Origin: Cycas panzhihuaensis
Lineage: Eukaryota; Plantae; Cycadophyta
Assembly: GCA_023213395.1 (NCBI GenBank)
Contig: CM041465.1
Coordinates: 192,269,741 to 192,333,740, forward strand
Direction of reading: 5' to 3'
DNA length: 64,000 bases
This document shows, piece after piece, positions 37,836-48,492 of the stretch; position 1 is the first letter of the stretch; each line of letters starts with the position of its first letter. The notes beneath the pieces are model-generated. The model ran no database searches. It had not been told where the DNA came from and was given only the letters and a program-made list of their open reading frames with translations. Position numbers and translations under genes: made by a program.

Positions 37836-38075
37836 AACATTAAGAGAGGGTGTTAGAATGTAATGTTTTATCTTATGTCATAGACATTCAATGTATGTAA
37901 CCAACAGACATGTGTCCTTTAGATGTATTTTGGTTACAAGTCGGTTACAAACCCTAATTGTATTTATTCACTTGAGCTCTCAATGATAATCATCAAGCAT
38001 TCTTCATCTGTCTTTTGTCTAGCATTCTGACAACATCGTGGGAAATGGCCACCTCCAAACTGTATTATTCAAACT

Positions 38076-41000
38076 TGTTAGAGTGGTATTTTATCCACTT
38101 AACCTGACTAATGTTTCTGTGGTGTATATGTGTGAATATATGTGATGTAATAATGTAATTATGTGGGCCGACAGATGTAATACATGAGGCACTTATGGAT
38201 CTATTTAAACGAATGCAAAGTCCATTGTACTTTACACTTTTGTATCAATGTAATCTATATTTTCTGTGGTGGGTTTTTATCGCAAGGTTTCCCACATAAA
38301 TTCTGCATTGTCTGCTTGTTCATTTCATGCTTGTTATGTACATAAATGATCTATTTGTCTATGGTTTCTAACACGGTGTCAAAGCAAATGGTCATGCACA
38401 AGTAGGCACATGTTGGGCAGAGTGTTCAAACCGTAGGTTGCTAGGTTGTGCTGGCTCAACCCTTCGTTGAGAATCGACTTCTCTGACAATCAAAAGAACA
38501 ACCACAATTTGCAATGATTGAGTAGGAACTCTCGGTGCCTTCTGTTATCTATTATTATATGTTACATAGACTCTATTGTAGCAGAGAGACTACAGACGAA
38601 GGTGGTGTAGACATAGCAAAGGTGCCAATTGTGGAAAGTATTGTCTATTGAGCCCAACATTCTTCTCAGTGCATGTGGATTGAAGAGTCGTAACCCGCGT
38701 AGCTGAGAAGGAGATATTTCTATCAATGCAGAGTTGTGGGGTTGTTTGACACCAATGAAGGTGAAGCAGTCGTCGAAAGCTTCGAAGCTACTCATTATTG
38801 CACTGTCCCTAGTTGTTGAAATTGCCCGTCGTTGTTCGTATCCATACAGACTACTAGGCGTCAAAGATTATTCGTAGGTTGTGTCGTTGTTTGTAACTGT
38901 AGTCACCAATTGTATCCTTACAGAGTTGCAAGCAGCCATTGAATGCTAGTTTACGGAGCTGATCGAGGATGCATTAAGGGGGAGAAGCAGTAGACTCTAG
39001 CCATGGAGAAGTTTTCAAACAAAGCCCTGTTATGATAACAAAGACACTAGACGTAGTGGCAGCCGCAGACGCTAGTATATCATAGATGCAATTCGCCATT
39101 ATGTGTTTGCAGTAGCCCTTACGAAGTCACCATTATATTTACAATTTTTTCAAAGGTATATTTAACAATGTTTCACCCTTTCTCTTAAAGTCGAAATAAA
39201 TATATTTTTATTCGCCTTTGAAATCAATCAAATGAGTGATGGCGTATTTCAAAATACCTCATTATATATATTTCGTAAGGCGTTTATTGCGTGAATGTAT
39301 GACATTTGGTTGAGGCGCCTTTGTGATATTTGGAAATGGGAATTCGCTGTATGAATTTGTGAGAAAAGAATATTGTTTTGTGTCTTTGAAGCAATATTCT
39401 TTGCTATATTGAGATGATCATTGTGTGCTTTATTTTATTAAGGTGGCTTCGATTATATATCATTATTTTTTTCAATGAAAGCACATTTTTAATATGAGGC
39501 GTATATGATCCTTGCAGTATGCATGAGTAGTCTCGATAGACAAATGTTTTGATCATTGCAACATTACATTGATTTCAGAGTGGTGTACTTTTTTATGAGA
39601 TATATAGCAATACCTTATTAAAATCAGAGTTGTGAAGAATTCAAAAAGTTCTTTCTTTGAGCAGTCATTTGGCCTATTTGTAAGTGGTCATTAGTCTTGG
39701 TGAAGCCTTTATATTCTGGGTTGTTGAACAGACTACTTTTTTGAGGAATTTAACTTGTCGGAGGTTGGTTTAGGGTTTTTATATTTGTTGGTTGTACATC
39801 ATGGAGAAGTTAGTTCCTCTAGTCACTTTTAATGGGAATAACTTTAACGAATGGAAGGCAAATATGGAACCAGTCCTCATGGTTAACCAACTTTGGAGCA
39901 TTAGCAAATCTAAAACATTGGTTGTTCCCTTAGATGAGAAAGAATGTATACATGCCGAAGAAAAATAGTTCATGGTTGTGGGTTTGCTTAAGTTGTCATT
40001 GGCTCCAAACTAGAGAGCTTTAGTCTCCAACCTTAAACTCCTCATGAGATTTAGATTAAGTTACGTGAGACATTTGAAAAGAAGAAAACTAACCATTGTG
40101 TTACTCTTATGATGGAATTGTTAAATTAAAAGGTAGAGGATGAGAACAACATTAGTGCATACCTGAATAAGATCACTAATTTGAGGAATAGGTTGGATGA
40201 ACTAAAGTCAAACTCAATTGATGATGCACTGCTCTTTGCTATTATCGTGTCTAAGTTGCTAGCTACATTTGGATCCTTCCAAACTATTTATGCTAGGGAT
40301 GAAGTTATGGAGGGTGAATCGTTTGAGTCATTGCAAAACTTGATTCTAACAAAGGACACCAAGTTGAAACATTATGGAATGCTTGATGGCTCAAGTTCAA
40401 ATCGGGGTTTGGTCATGGAGACACAAAGAAACGATGTTGTTCAGAGAGTAAGTCTACACAAAAAACAGGCGAGACATCTCAAAAAAAGTAGTAGTTTATG
40501 GGTAAATGCAATTACTACAAGAAAGAGAGCCATAAAGAAATGAATTGTTGGTTTAAGAAGCAAGATAAGCGCAAGGCTAACCAAGATGACAAGGGGAAGA
40601 GTTTAGCAGTGCATTGTGTTAGGATATCAATGTTCTAAGCTAAGTCAAATAAAAAAGACTATTGGATCCTAGATTCTGGTGCATAGAAACATATCACCTT
40701 TCAAAAGCAGAACATTGATGCCTTGAATGTAGGTACAAGCAATGCTAATGTGATTCTTAGAGATGCTCATGCATTGCCTGCAGAAGGTGTTGGTCTCGTT
40801 TCACTTGCAGGAGGTAAGTTCAATGGAGTTTACTATGTGTCAAAGATTAAGCTTAATCTTCTTTCTACCCGAAAAATCTACAAGCAAGGTATGAAAATTG
40901 AGCTTTACAATAATAAATGCATAGTTAAGGATCCTAAGAAGAACTTCTGTATTGTTGCTACTAGAAGAGTGCAAGATAATTTTTGGGTGTTTGAGAAATT

Positions 41001-44000
41001 TAGAGCCCAATAGGATTCTTATGCTTTTGTTGCTAGCATTGATGATATGAGTACATTATAGCATGAGCATTTGGATCACCTTAACTATAGGCACATCAGT
41101 CTTACGAATAGGTTGAAGATGGTGGTAGGTTTACCACAAGTTCCATGTTCAGAAGGCATTTGTGAAGGATGTGTGTATGGAAAGAACCATCGTTATCCGT
41201 TTTCTAGGGATAGTGCTTGGAGAGCAAAGGAGAAGTTGGAACTTGCATATACTAAGTTGATGGGTCCACTATCAAATCCTTCTATTTCTACTGCTCGATT
41301 CATCCTTATGTTTGTAGATGATTATAATAGAAAACTTTAGGTATTATTTTTGAATAACAAATCTGATGTGTTTGATCATTTTTGTGAATAGAAAGTTAGT
41401 GTTGAGAATGTGTGTGATAAGAAAATAAAGATTTTGAGGAGTGATAATGGAGAGGAGTATGACAATAATGCCTTCAATCAATTTTGCATTGATCATAGTA
41501 TTAAACGGGAATTAACCATCCTGTATACCCCACAGAAAAATGATGTTGCAAAGAGGAAGAATTGTACCATGATGGAGATGGCAAGGTGTATGGTGTATGC
41601 AAAGAATCCACCTCCTATGTTTTGGGAAAAAGATGTTGCAACAATTGTTTATTTCTGAATAGGGTATCTATGAAAGTTGTTTGTGGCATTACCCCTGAAA
41701 ATTGTTGGACCGGTTAGAAACCTTCCATTAATTATTTTAAGGTATTTGGGTGCATTGCATATGCACACATCCCAGATGCATATCGAAAGAAGTTGGATCG
41801 TAAGAGTTTGAAGTGTGTTTTTGTGGGATACTCACTAGAGAATAAGCTTTATAGACTTTGAGATCCACAAGGAAAGAAGCTTTTAGTTATTTAGCATGTT
41901 AAATTTGATGAGTCAATGATGTACCATGCTAAAAGGTCATCTAAAGATAGATTTTATCCTCCACTTCCTCTTTTTTCGAGCCGTGTTTCAATAGGTATAT
42001 AGATTCAAGAGCCTAACATCATGTCAGAAATGGAAATAGAACCAAGTGGGAGTAATGATGAGGAACCGCCACAAGTCGAGGCATGAACAACACCCCATGT
42101 TCCATTATGGGCTAGGAGGATTACTGAGGAATCCGGTGTGACGATGGAAGATCTTGAAGATGGACAAAGAATAAGAAATCAACATACCAGTTAAACTTTG
42201 GTTGTAGACACCAACGATTCCAACAATCGTATTTCGTATGAAAAAGCGAAAGAAGATCTGCGATGGAGGAGGAGTATAGTTCGATCATGAAGAATAATAC
42301 ATGGGATTTGGTTTCCTTACCTCCATCCAAGAACCTGATCGATTGCAGGTGGGTCTATAAGACGAAGTTTCGTTCCAATGGAGAGGTAGACAAGTATAAG
42401 GCTAGACTTGTTGTGCAGGGTTTCAAACAGAAAGAAGGAATCGATTAGGAGGAGACATTTACACTAGTCTCCAAGATATCAACGATCTAATTGATCCTTG
42501 CTTTAGTAGCTACATATGGTTGGAAGTTACATCAAATGGATGTGAAGTCAACATTTATTAACGGAGACTTGAAATAGGAGATCTATATGGCTTAACCTCT
42601 TGGTTTCGTGAAGGAAGGACAAGAGCATTTGGTGTGCCGCTTGAAGAAATCTTTCTATGGCCTAAAACAAGCACAATGTGCTTGGTATGATAAGATAGAT
42701 ACTAAATTGAAGGAGGATGATTTTGTAACAACATAATTAGAGCGGGTCTTTATATTTGAAAAAATGGAACTATAATAGTTGTTATTGTATTGTATGTTGA
42801 TAACTTTCTTGTTATAAGCAATTGTATTAAGACTATTGCAACTACAAAGCCCTATTTGGGACATACTTTTGATATGATAAATCTCGGGCAGCTTCATTAC
42901 TTCTTGCACATTGAGATTAGGTAGATGGATGATCATATCATGATGTCACAATCAAGGTATGCTAAAAACTTGTTTGAGAGATTTACGATGAAGGATTGCA
43001 AACCAATGAAGACATCACGTGTAAAGGGCATAAAGCTTCTGAAGGACATGAAAAAGCCAACTGTAGATAGGACTTTATATCGACAATTGGTAGGGAGTTT
43101 GATTTACTTAACTCATATTAGGATTGATATTGTTTATGTTGTTGAATTGGTATCTTGTTACATGCAAGGTCCCCAAGAACCTCATTGGGTTGCTACAAAG
43201 GGGATTCTGAAGTATGTTAAGGGAACACTTAATCTTGGCCTTGAATACCATCGTGGTGGAGAAGCAAGCTTGCATGGGTATAATGATGCAAATTGGGGTG
43301 GAGATGTAGAAGATAGGAAATCAACTGTAGGATTTTTTTTGATATTGACAATGGGTTTGTATCATAGCAATCCAAAAAGCAAACCACCGTTGCATTGTCT
43401 TCTATAGAGACTAAGTACTAAGGACTAAGTGTAGGTGCAAGGGAAGTTGTGTGGTTGCAAGGACTTTTGGAGACTCTTGGAACATCTTTTAACACACTGG
43501 TTATACATATTAATAATCAGAGTGATATTCTACTTTCAAAGAATTCAGAATTTTACACATATACGAAGCACATCGAGATTTAGCACCATCACATATGTAA
43601 GTAGATTAGATCAAGGAAGTTGTAGGTTGAAGTTTGTCCAAGTGAAGAACAACTTACAGATATATTTGCCAAAGCTCTTATTGAAGGCCACTTCATCAAG
43701 ATTTATGTAAATTTGGGACTTAGTGAAGTTATCCTTGAGGGAGGATATATCAACAAGGATAAAGACAAAGAATAGTTCAACCCCTAGGAAGACTTCAAAA
43801 TCCCATTTTTATATTAAGGGGGGATGTTAGAGTGGTATTTTATCTACTTAACCTGACTAATATTTATATGGTGTATATGTGCAAATATTTGTGATGTAAT
43901 AATGTAATTGTGTAAGTCGACATATGTAATATGTGAGACACTTACGAATCTATTTAAATGGACACAAAGTCCATTGTACTTTACACATTTGTATCAATGT

Positions 44001-44122
44001 AATCTATATTTTCTGTAGTGGATTTTTACCACAAAGTTTCTCACATCAATTTTGCATTGTGTGCTTGTTCATTTCGTACTTGTTGTGTACATAAATGATT
44101 TGTTTGTCTGTGGTTTCTAACA
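38076..44122 (+). mobile_element. Ty1/Copia LTR retrotransposon D, full length, degenerate, with a long 5' leader
   Basis: 298-bp LTRs 38076-38373 and 43825-44122; decayed PBS CGGTGTCAAAGC 38374-38385; PPT AAGGGGGGA; TSD AAACT/AAACC. Confidence 0.95.
39801..43730 (+). pseudogene. Copia D gag-pol, disrupted
   Basis: FNGNNFNEWK, WILDSGA, CEGCVYGK, LRSDNGEEY, CRWVYKTK..KYKARLV, YRQLVGSLIYL. Confidence 0.92.
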
Positions 44123-44305
44123 AAACCATACATATTTAAACTACAATACACCACCTAGTTGTCCAATCACATCCTAAGAGCCACTAGGTCAACCAATGAC
44201 CAACATTATGAAGAAGTGTGTGCACTATGACTCCCTTGTTCACATTAAAGGGTTAACTCATTAATTTACGTTAATATTAAATTCATAGGTTATCATTACC
44301 CAACA

Positions 44306-44627
44306 CTTTTTGAGCAAGATCTCTAGGGGATAAAAAATATGGGCATATCCTTTGATAAAATTTTTATAATATCTAGTTAATCCTAAGAATCCCTTGAGTT
44401 GTTTCAAAGTGAGTGGGATTGGAAAGTGTAAAATCGTGAAAACTTTCATTTGATCCATCAACAAGCCTTCTTTGCTAACAATGTGCCCTAAAAGGTGCCA
44501 AACGAGACCAAGAATGTGCAATTTTCCAAATTAAGACATAAGTTATTCTCCTTGCAAGTTTGTAGTGTCTCCCATAGGTTTTCCATGTGATTTTTCGTTA
44601 TCCTGTATAAGGTCCAATCGTCCAAGA
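44306..44627 (-). pseudogene. pol: Gypsy RT remnant, continuous with 20275-21904 once E is removed
   Basis: ILDDWTLY, LLGHIVSKEG, LKQLKGFLGLTRYY..YPLEILLKK joins DVEWGWG across the CTTTT TSD. Confidence 0.88.
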
Positions 44628-46655
44628 TGTTAAGCTATAATGTTTTATCTAGGGATACTTGAGGGTCATGTATTAAACCCCTCTTTATGTAATAAGGAAA
44701 ATGTTTGACACATGTCATTCAAACAAATAACGATTACAAATCATTGATGTATATTTATTAAGAGACTCACTCTCACTTAATGCAAGCATTCTATTTCTTC
44801 AGTTTACAAGTCTGATTTAACATAGTATTAGAGCAGGGCACATTGCTCGCTTGGTAAATTTCTGAGAAGAGGTTTATTGCCAAGAAAGCCAAAAGGAATA
44901 GAGGAGTCGTAATTAACAGTCATTTGACAAAAGTCATTAAATTGTTTGTGTGGAGCAATAATAGACTGGTGTATAGACCTATACAGACCAAAACAAATGC
45001 GTACGGGCTTGTACAGACACGAAATTTTCAAAGTGCTCAAATTTGCTTCAAAATTCACCAACGTGGACGTTGTTGTGAGGTTGTCATTTCCTCTAACTGG
45101 ATCGAAGACTTTTTTAAGGCCAAATTGCCTCTTTTTTATCTACACGGGTTTCGAGATACAATCGCAGATTTTGCTCAAAATTTCTTCTGAAACCGAGTAA
45201 TATCTATCACATCTTCTTCGTATCATTAATGTGCCCTCCTATTTTGAGATTTCGAGTTTGTTTGTGATCAAACCAAGGAAAATCACCCAAAGATATTTAT
45301 ATATTTTGAATCCTCCTGAAAAGATCTACATTTTGGTATACTTTTCTCTGCAATTTGTACACTTGCAATTCCATATAGAATTTTGTACAGCATACGGCTA
45401 GACTCTATAAAATTATTGAGAACTGTTTGAACCCTCTGTAACATACTAAAAAATGATCTCCTCCATTTTGGCATTAAATGAGCAAGATAAGCTAACAAAA
45501 ACAAATTACTTTGTGTGGAAAATTAAGATTGAGACTTTGTTGAGGGCTAAAAATCCCTGGAATATAGCCAGCAGAATAGAAAAAAGGCCCAATGAAGCTA
45601 TTGCCTAGCCCAGTTGGAATGAAAGGAACAGCACAGAAGTGATAATTCTAAAATTGTCTATTTCTAATCCTCTCCTTATATATGTTGAAAGATTGAAATC
45701 ATCTGCTAAAATTTGAAAAGTATTTACAAATTTATATAGTCAAAAAAATCGTGCTAGGTTTGTGGCCCTTAAGGAAGAATTGTTTAAAATACATATGAAG
45801 GAGAATAAAAATGTTTCAAAGTTTCTTCACAAAGTGACCTCACTCAGGAATGATGTGTTGAATGAATGCTAGTGCAAATATGCTAGATCAAGAGCTTGTT
45901 GAAATGGTTATAAATAAACTTGCAAAATCATTTGACAATATGGTGAATACAATAACAAACAATGATCAAATTGCCACAATGTCCCTTGACATTTTCACAG
46001 GGCTTTTTCTGAGACAAGAACAAAGAAACAAAAGGTACAAAGAGGGAACATAGATCAAGGATGCATTCGTGTCCAAACTCAATATGGGTCCTAGAGGACA
46101 AAGACAGACTAGAGGCCACGGTTGAAAACTTGACACCAGAGGTCAATCCAGAGATAGATGGCAGTAGAACATAGGCAGAAGGTGTTTGATTCCTCCTAAA
46201 GATGCTAGAGTTTGCTTCAATTGCGAGAAACCAGGCCACTTTTCAAGAAATTGCAGAGCCCTCAACATCTACTATCACTGTGGACAGTCTGGGCATTATC
46301 CTTACCAATGTTCACAGAAGAGAGCCGAAATACAAAAAGTGAAAAGACCTACCGGTAATTACAACAAGGAGCAAACCAATTTCAATGAGGATGAGGAAGA
46401 AACATCATTTATAGCCATATTCACTACAACTTTTAAAGATGAAGAAGTCTGGTATATCGACTCAAGAGCTTCAAGGCATATGACAAGGCTTGAAGATTGG
46501 CTTGAGTCACTAAAAACCTTATTCTTCTAACAAATCAATAGAATTAGGAGATAAATATCCCCTCAACATCAAAGGGATTGGAACTATAACTATTGAAATA
46601 AAAGGTACTGTACAAAAAATTGGCAATGTACTGTTTGTACCTAGATTAAAAGAAA
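44628..46655 (+). mobile_element. 3'-truncated Copia H (5' LTR, PBS, gag, protease), same lineage as C and J
   Basis: LTR 44628-44822; PBS TAGTATTAGAGC 44823-44834; WKIKIETLLRA, CFNCEKPGHFSRNC, WYIDSRASRHMT; ends abruptly near 46655. Confidence 0.88.
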
Positions 46656-46893
46656 ACACAATTGCGAGTATCACGGTTGAAGGCCAACATAATTCTACTA
46701 GAAGCCTAGGCATCCCTTCAACAACCTCAACTACATGTTGGACACAAGTTAAAGGTTAATGGGTTGATTACACATCCTACATTTGAGTTTCAAGTTGTGT
46801 AGACTCAATGATGTCAGCTTCCACATTGGTCTACAATCTTGTATATTAATCACTTACTTATTTGTAAAAAGTGATCCATAGTGTAATCACAAT

Positions 46894-47085
46894 CATAGTG
46901 CTTCTCATATTTTTGCTACGTCAGGTTAATATTTGCCACAAGTGTTAGTAGCCAATTTTCATCATAGTGCTTCTCATATTCTTGTTGCGTCAGGTTAATA
47001 TTTGCCACAAGTGTTGGTGGCCAATTTTCACCATAGTGCTTCTCATATTCCTGTTGCATCAGGTTAATATTTGTCACAAGTGTTG
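46894..47085 (-). repeat. 69-bp tandem repeat (~2.8 copies), in frame on the minus strand
   Basis: Units start at 46894, 46963 and 47032; encode TLVANINLTQQEYEKHYDENWPP-like 23-aa repeats, with one TAG. Confidence 0.9.
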
Positions 47086-47834
47086 ATGACTTTTCTCTAA
47101 GTTGCTTCCTTCATCTTTGAGCAACCATTCTCACTTCTTCTTCCTTCTGCTACACTGCTTCATTGCATCTCCCATTTGCAAACAGTGATTGGTCATTTAT
47201 TGCCATCACTTTTATAGTCCCTTGTTCATTTTTTCCCTTCCCAAAAGACACCACGTCTTCACAGTTCAAACACAATGTGAACTGCATTCTTAAAAGGAAA
47301 GAAAATTGGGGCGTGGTTCACTGGTGTCAGAAATGTTGCAAAGTATGGAGATCTTTAGAGAGATCACCTGCAACTTACACCAATTGTTGCTGCCACTGCT
47401 ACCACACCTAGCTCTGGAGGAACTCCTCCCACTGATGTTGTAGCTAAACGCCAATGGGAACTTGATGATGCTAAAATTTGTGCAGGGATACTTCTTGTCA
47501 CTAATTATTCTCTGCACAAAAAATCCCTTGTGGGCGCAAAAGGATAAGGGTTGTATCATTTTAAAAAGTCGGAACCTGTGAAAACCCAAAAGGGCATGTG
47601 GGATGACCAAATGGTATATGGAAACTCAGTAGATTTCAGCTACAAAATTTATTGTACCAATTGGCTATCTAGCTTTATTTAAAGAGCTGCCTAAGCCAGG
47701 TTAGTAGATTAGAAAGTCCGTGGGTTTTCTTCACCGTGAGGGTTTTCCATAAAAGTGTCATAGTAGTTTGCTTTGTAAGAGGCTCAAATGAAGACCTCAT
47801 AGAATAGAATAAAGATGAAATGACCTTCTACCAT

Positions 47835-48190
47835 TAAGGGGGAGATTGAAATGAGTTAATGTCACAAGGTCATTACATTAGTTGATTATTCCTAAAAGGA
47901 TCTTAAGTGAACTTTAAATTAGATCACTTAAGAGAAATGCACTTTCATGTGCATTATGTGTAATTTCATTTCACCTAACTCTAATGCTTCATCTCTCAAT
48001 ATAAAAGTAAAAGCTCAATGGAGGAGGCTCATTCTTACCTCCCCATTTTGTGAGAGCTACTCTTTTTCTCTCAAGTTTTTCTTGCTCCTATGTTTGCCTT
48101 TGTATTTAGTACAGGGAGTGAAGGATAGATCCATTCCTTTCATTTTTCTCAAAGTCAACCTTGAGAAAGAGATTGTTCATCTATAGTTTA
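47835..48190 (+). repeat. PPT plus probable 3' LTR of another element
   Basis: TTAAGGGGGAGAT followed by TGAAATG; TATA-like AATATAAAA ~47998; LTR end uncertain. Confidence 0.55.
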
Positions 48191-48492
48191 GACCCAATCC
48201 ATTCTTTCCCATGTCATTATCAAGTTATCTAAGATGTGTCTTACCTTTAGAAGGCCAATATGCTCCTGCTTGACTACTCTTGTTGTTAGGGAGTTCATAT
48301 TTTTAGCAAGTGCTTTGGCCAAAATTTTGTAAGAGATGTCAAGTAAGGTAATCAGCCTATGACCACTTATCCTATCTTTATTACTTATCCTATCCTTATT
48401 AACCCTCTGGGGATAAGTTTTGGCCTTCCTTGCTTGCTTCTTCTACCTAAAGGCTTAGATTGTAAAGCCTCATATGGCAAAATAGGAAAAAT

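Larger units (their letters stand above)
23919..38032 (+). mobile_element. Ty1/Copia LTR retrotransposon C (contains F and G)
   Basis: 182-bp LTRs 23919-24100 and 37851-38032; PBS TGGCATCAGAGC 24101-24112; PPT AAGAGAGGG; perfect TSD ACATC; gag-pol remnants 24837-26245, 30500-31466 and 36168-37835. Confidence 0.95.
21905..44305 (-). mobile_element. Non-autonomous LTR element E (TRIM/LARD-like, ~1.57-kb non-coding interior); its 5' LTR is split by Copia C and D
   Basis: 3' LTR 21905-22221; PPT rc TTTCCCCTTT 22222-22231; PBS rc GCTTGGATACCA ~23774-23785; 5' LTR in three pieces 23788-23918, 38033-38075 and 44123-44305; perfect TSD CTTTT (21900-21904 / 44306-44310). Confidence 0.92.

Noticed and set aside
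38972-38984. Internal PPT-like ATTAAGGGGGAGA in the D leader
   Set aside because: Not followed by an LTR; may be chance or part of the mosaic
46894-47085. CRISPR-like array
   Set aside because: Head-to-tail repeats without unique spacers, in a eukaryotic TE context
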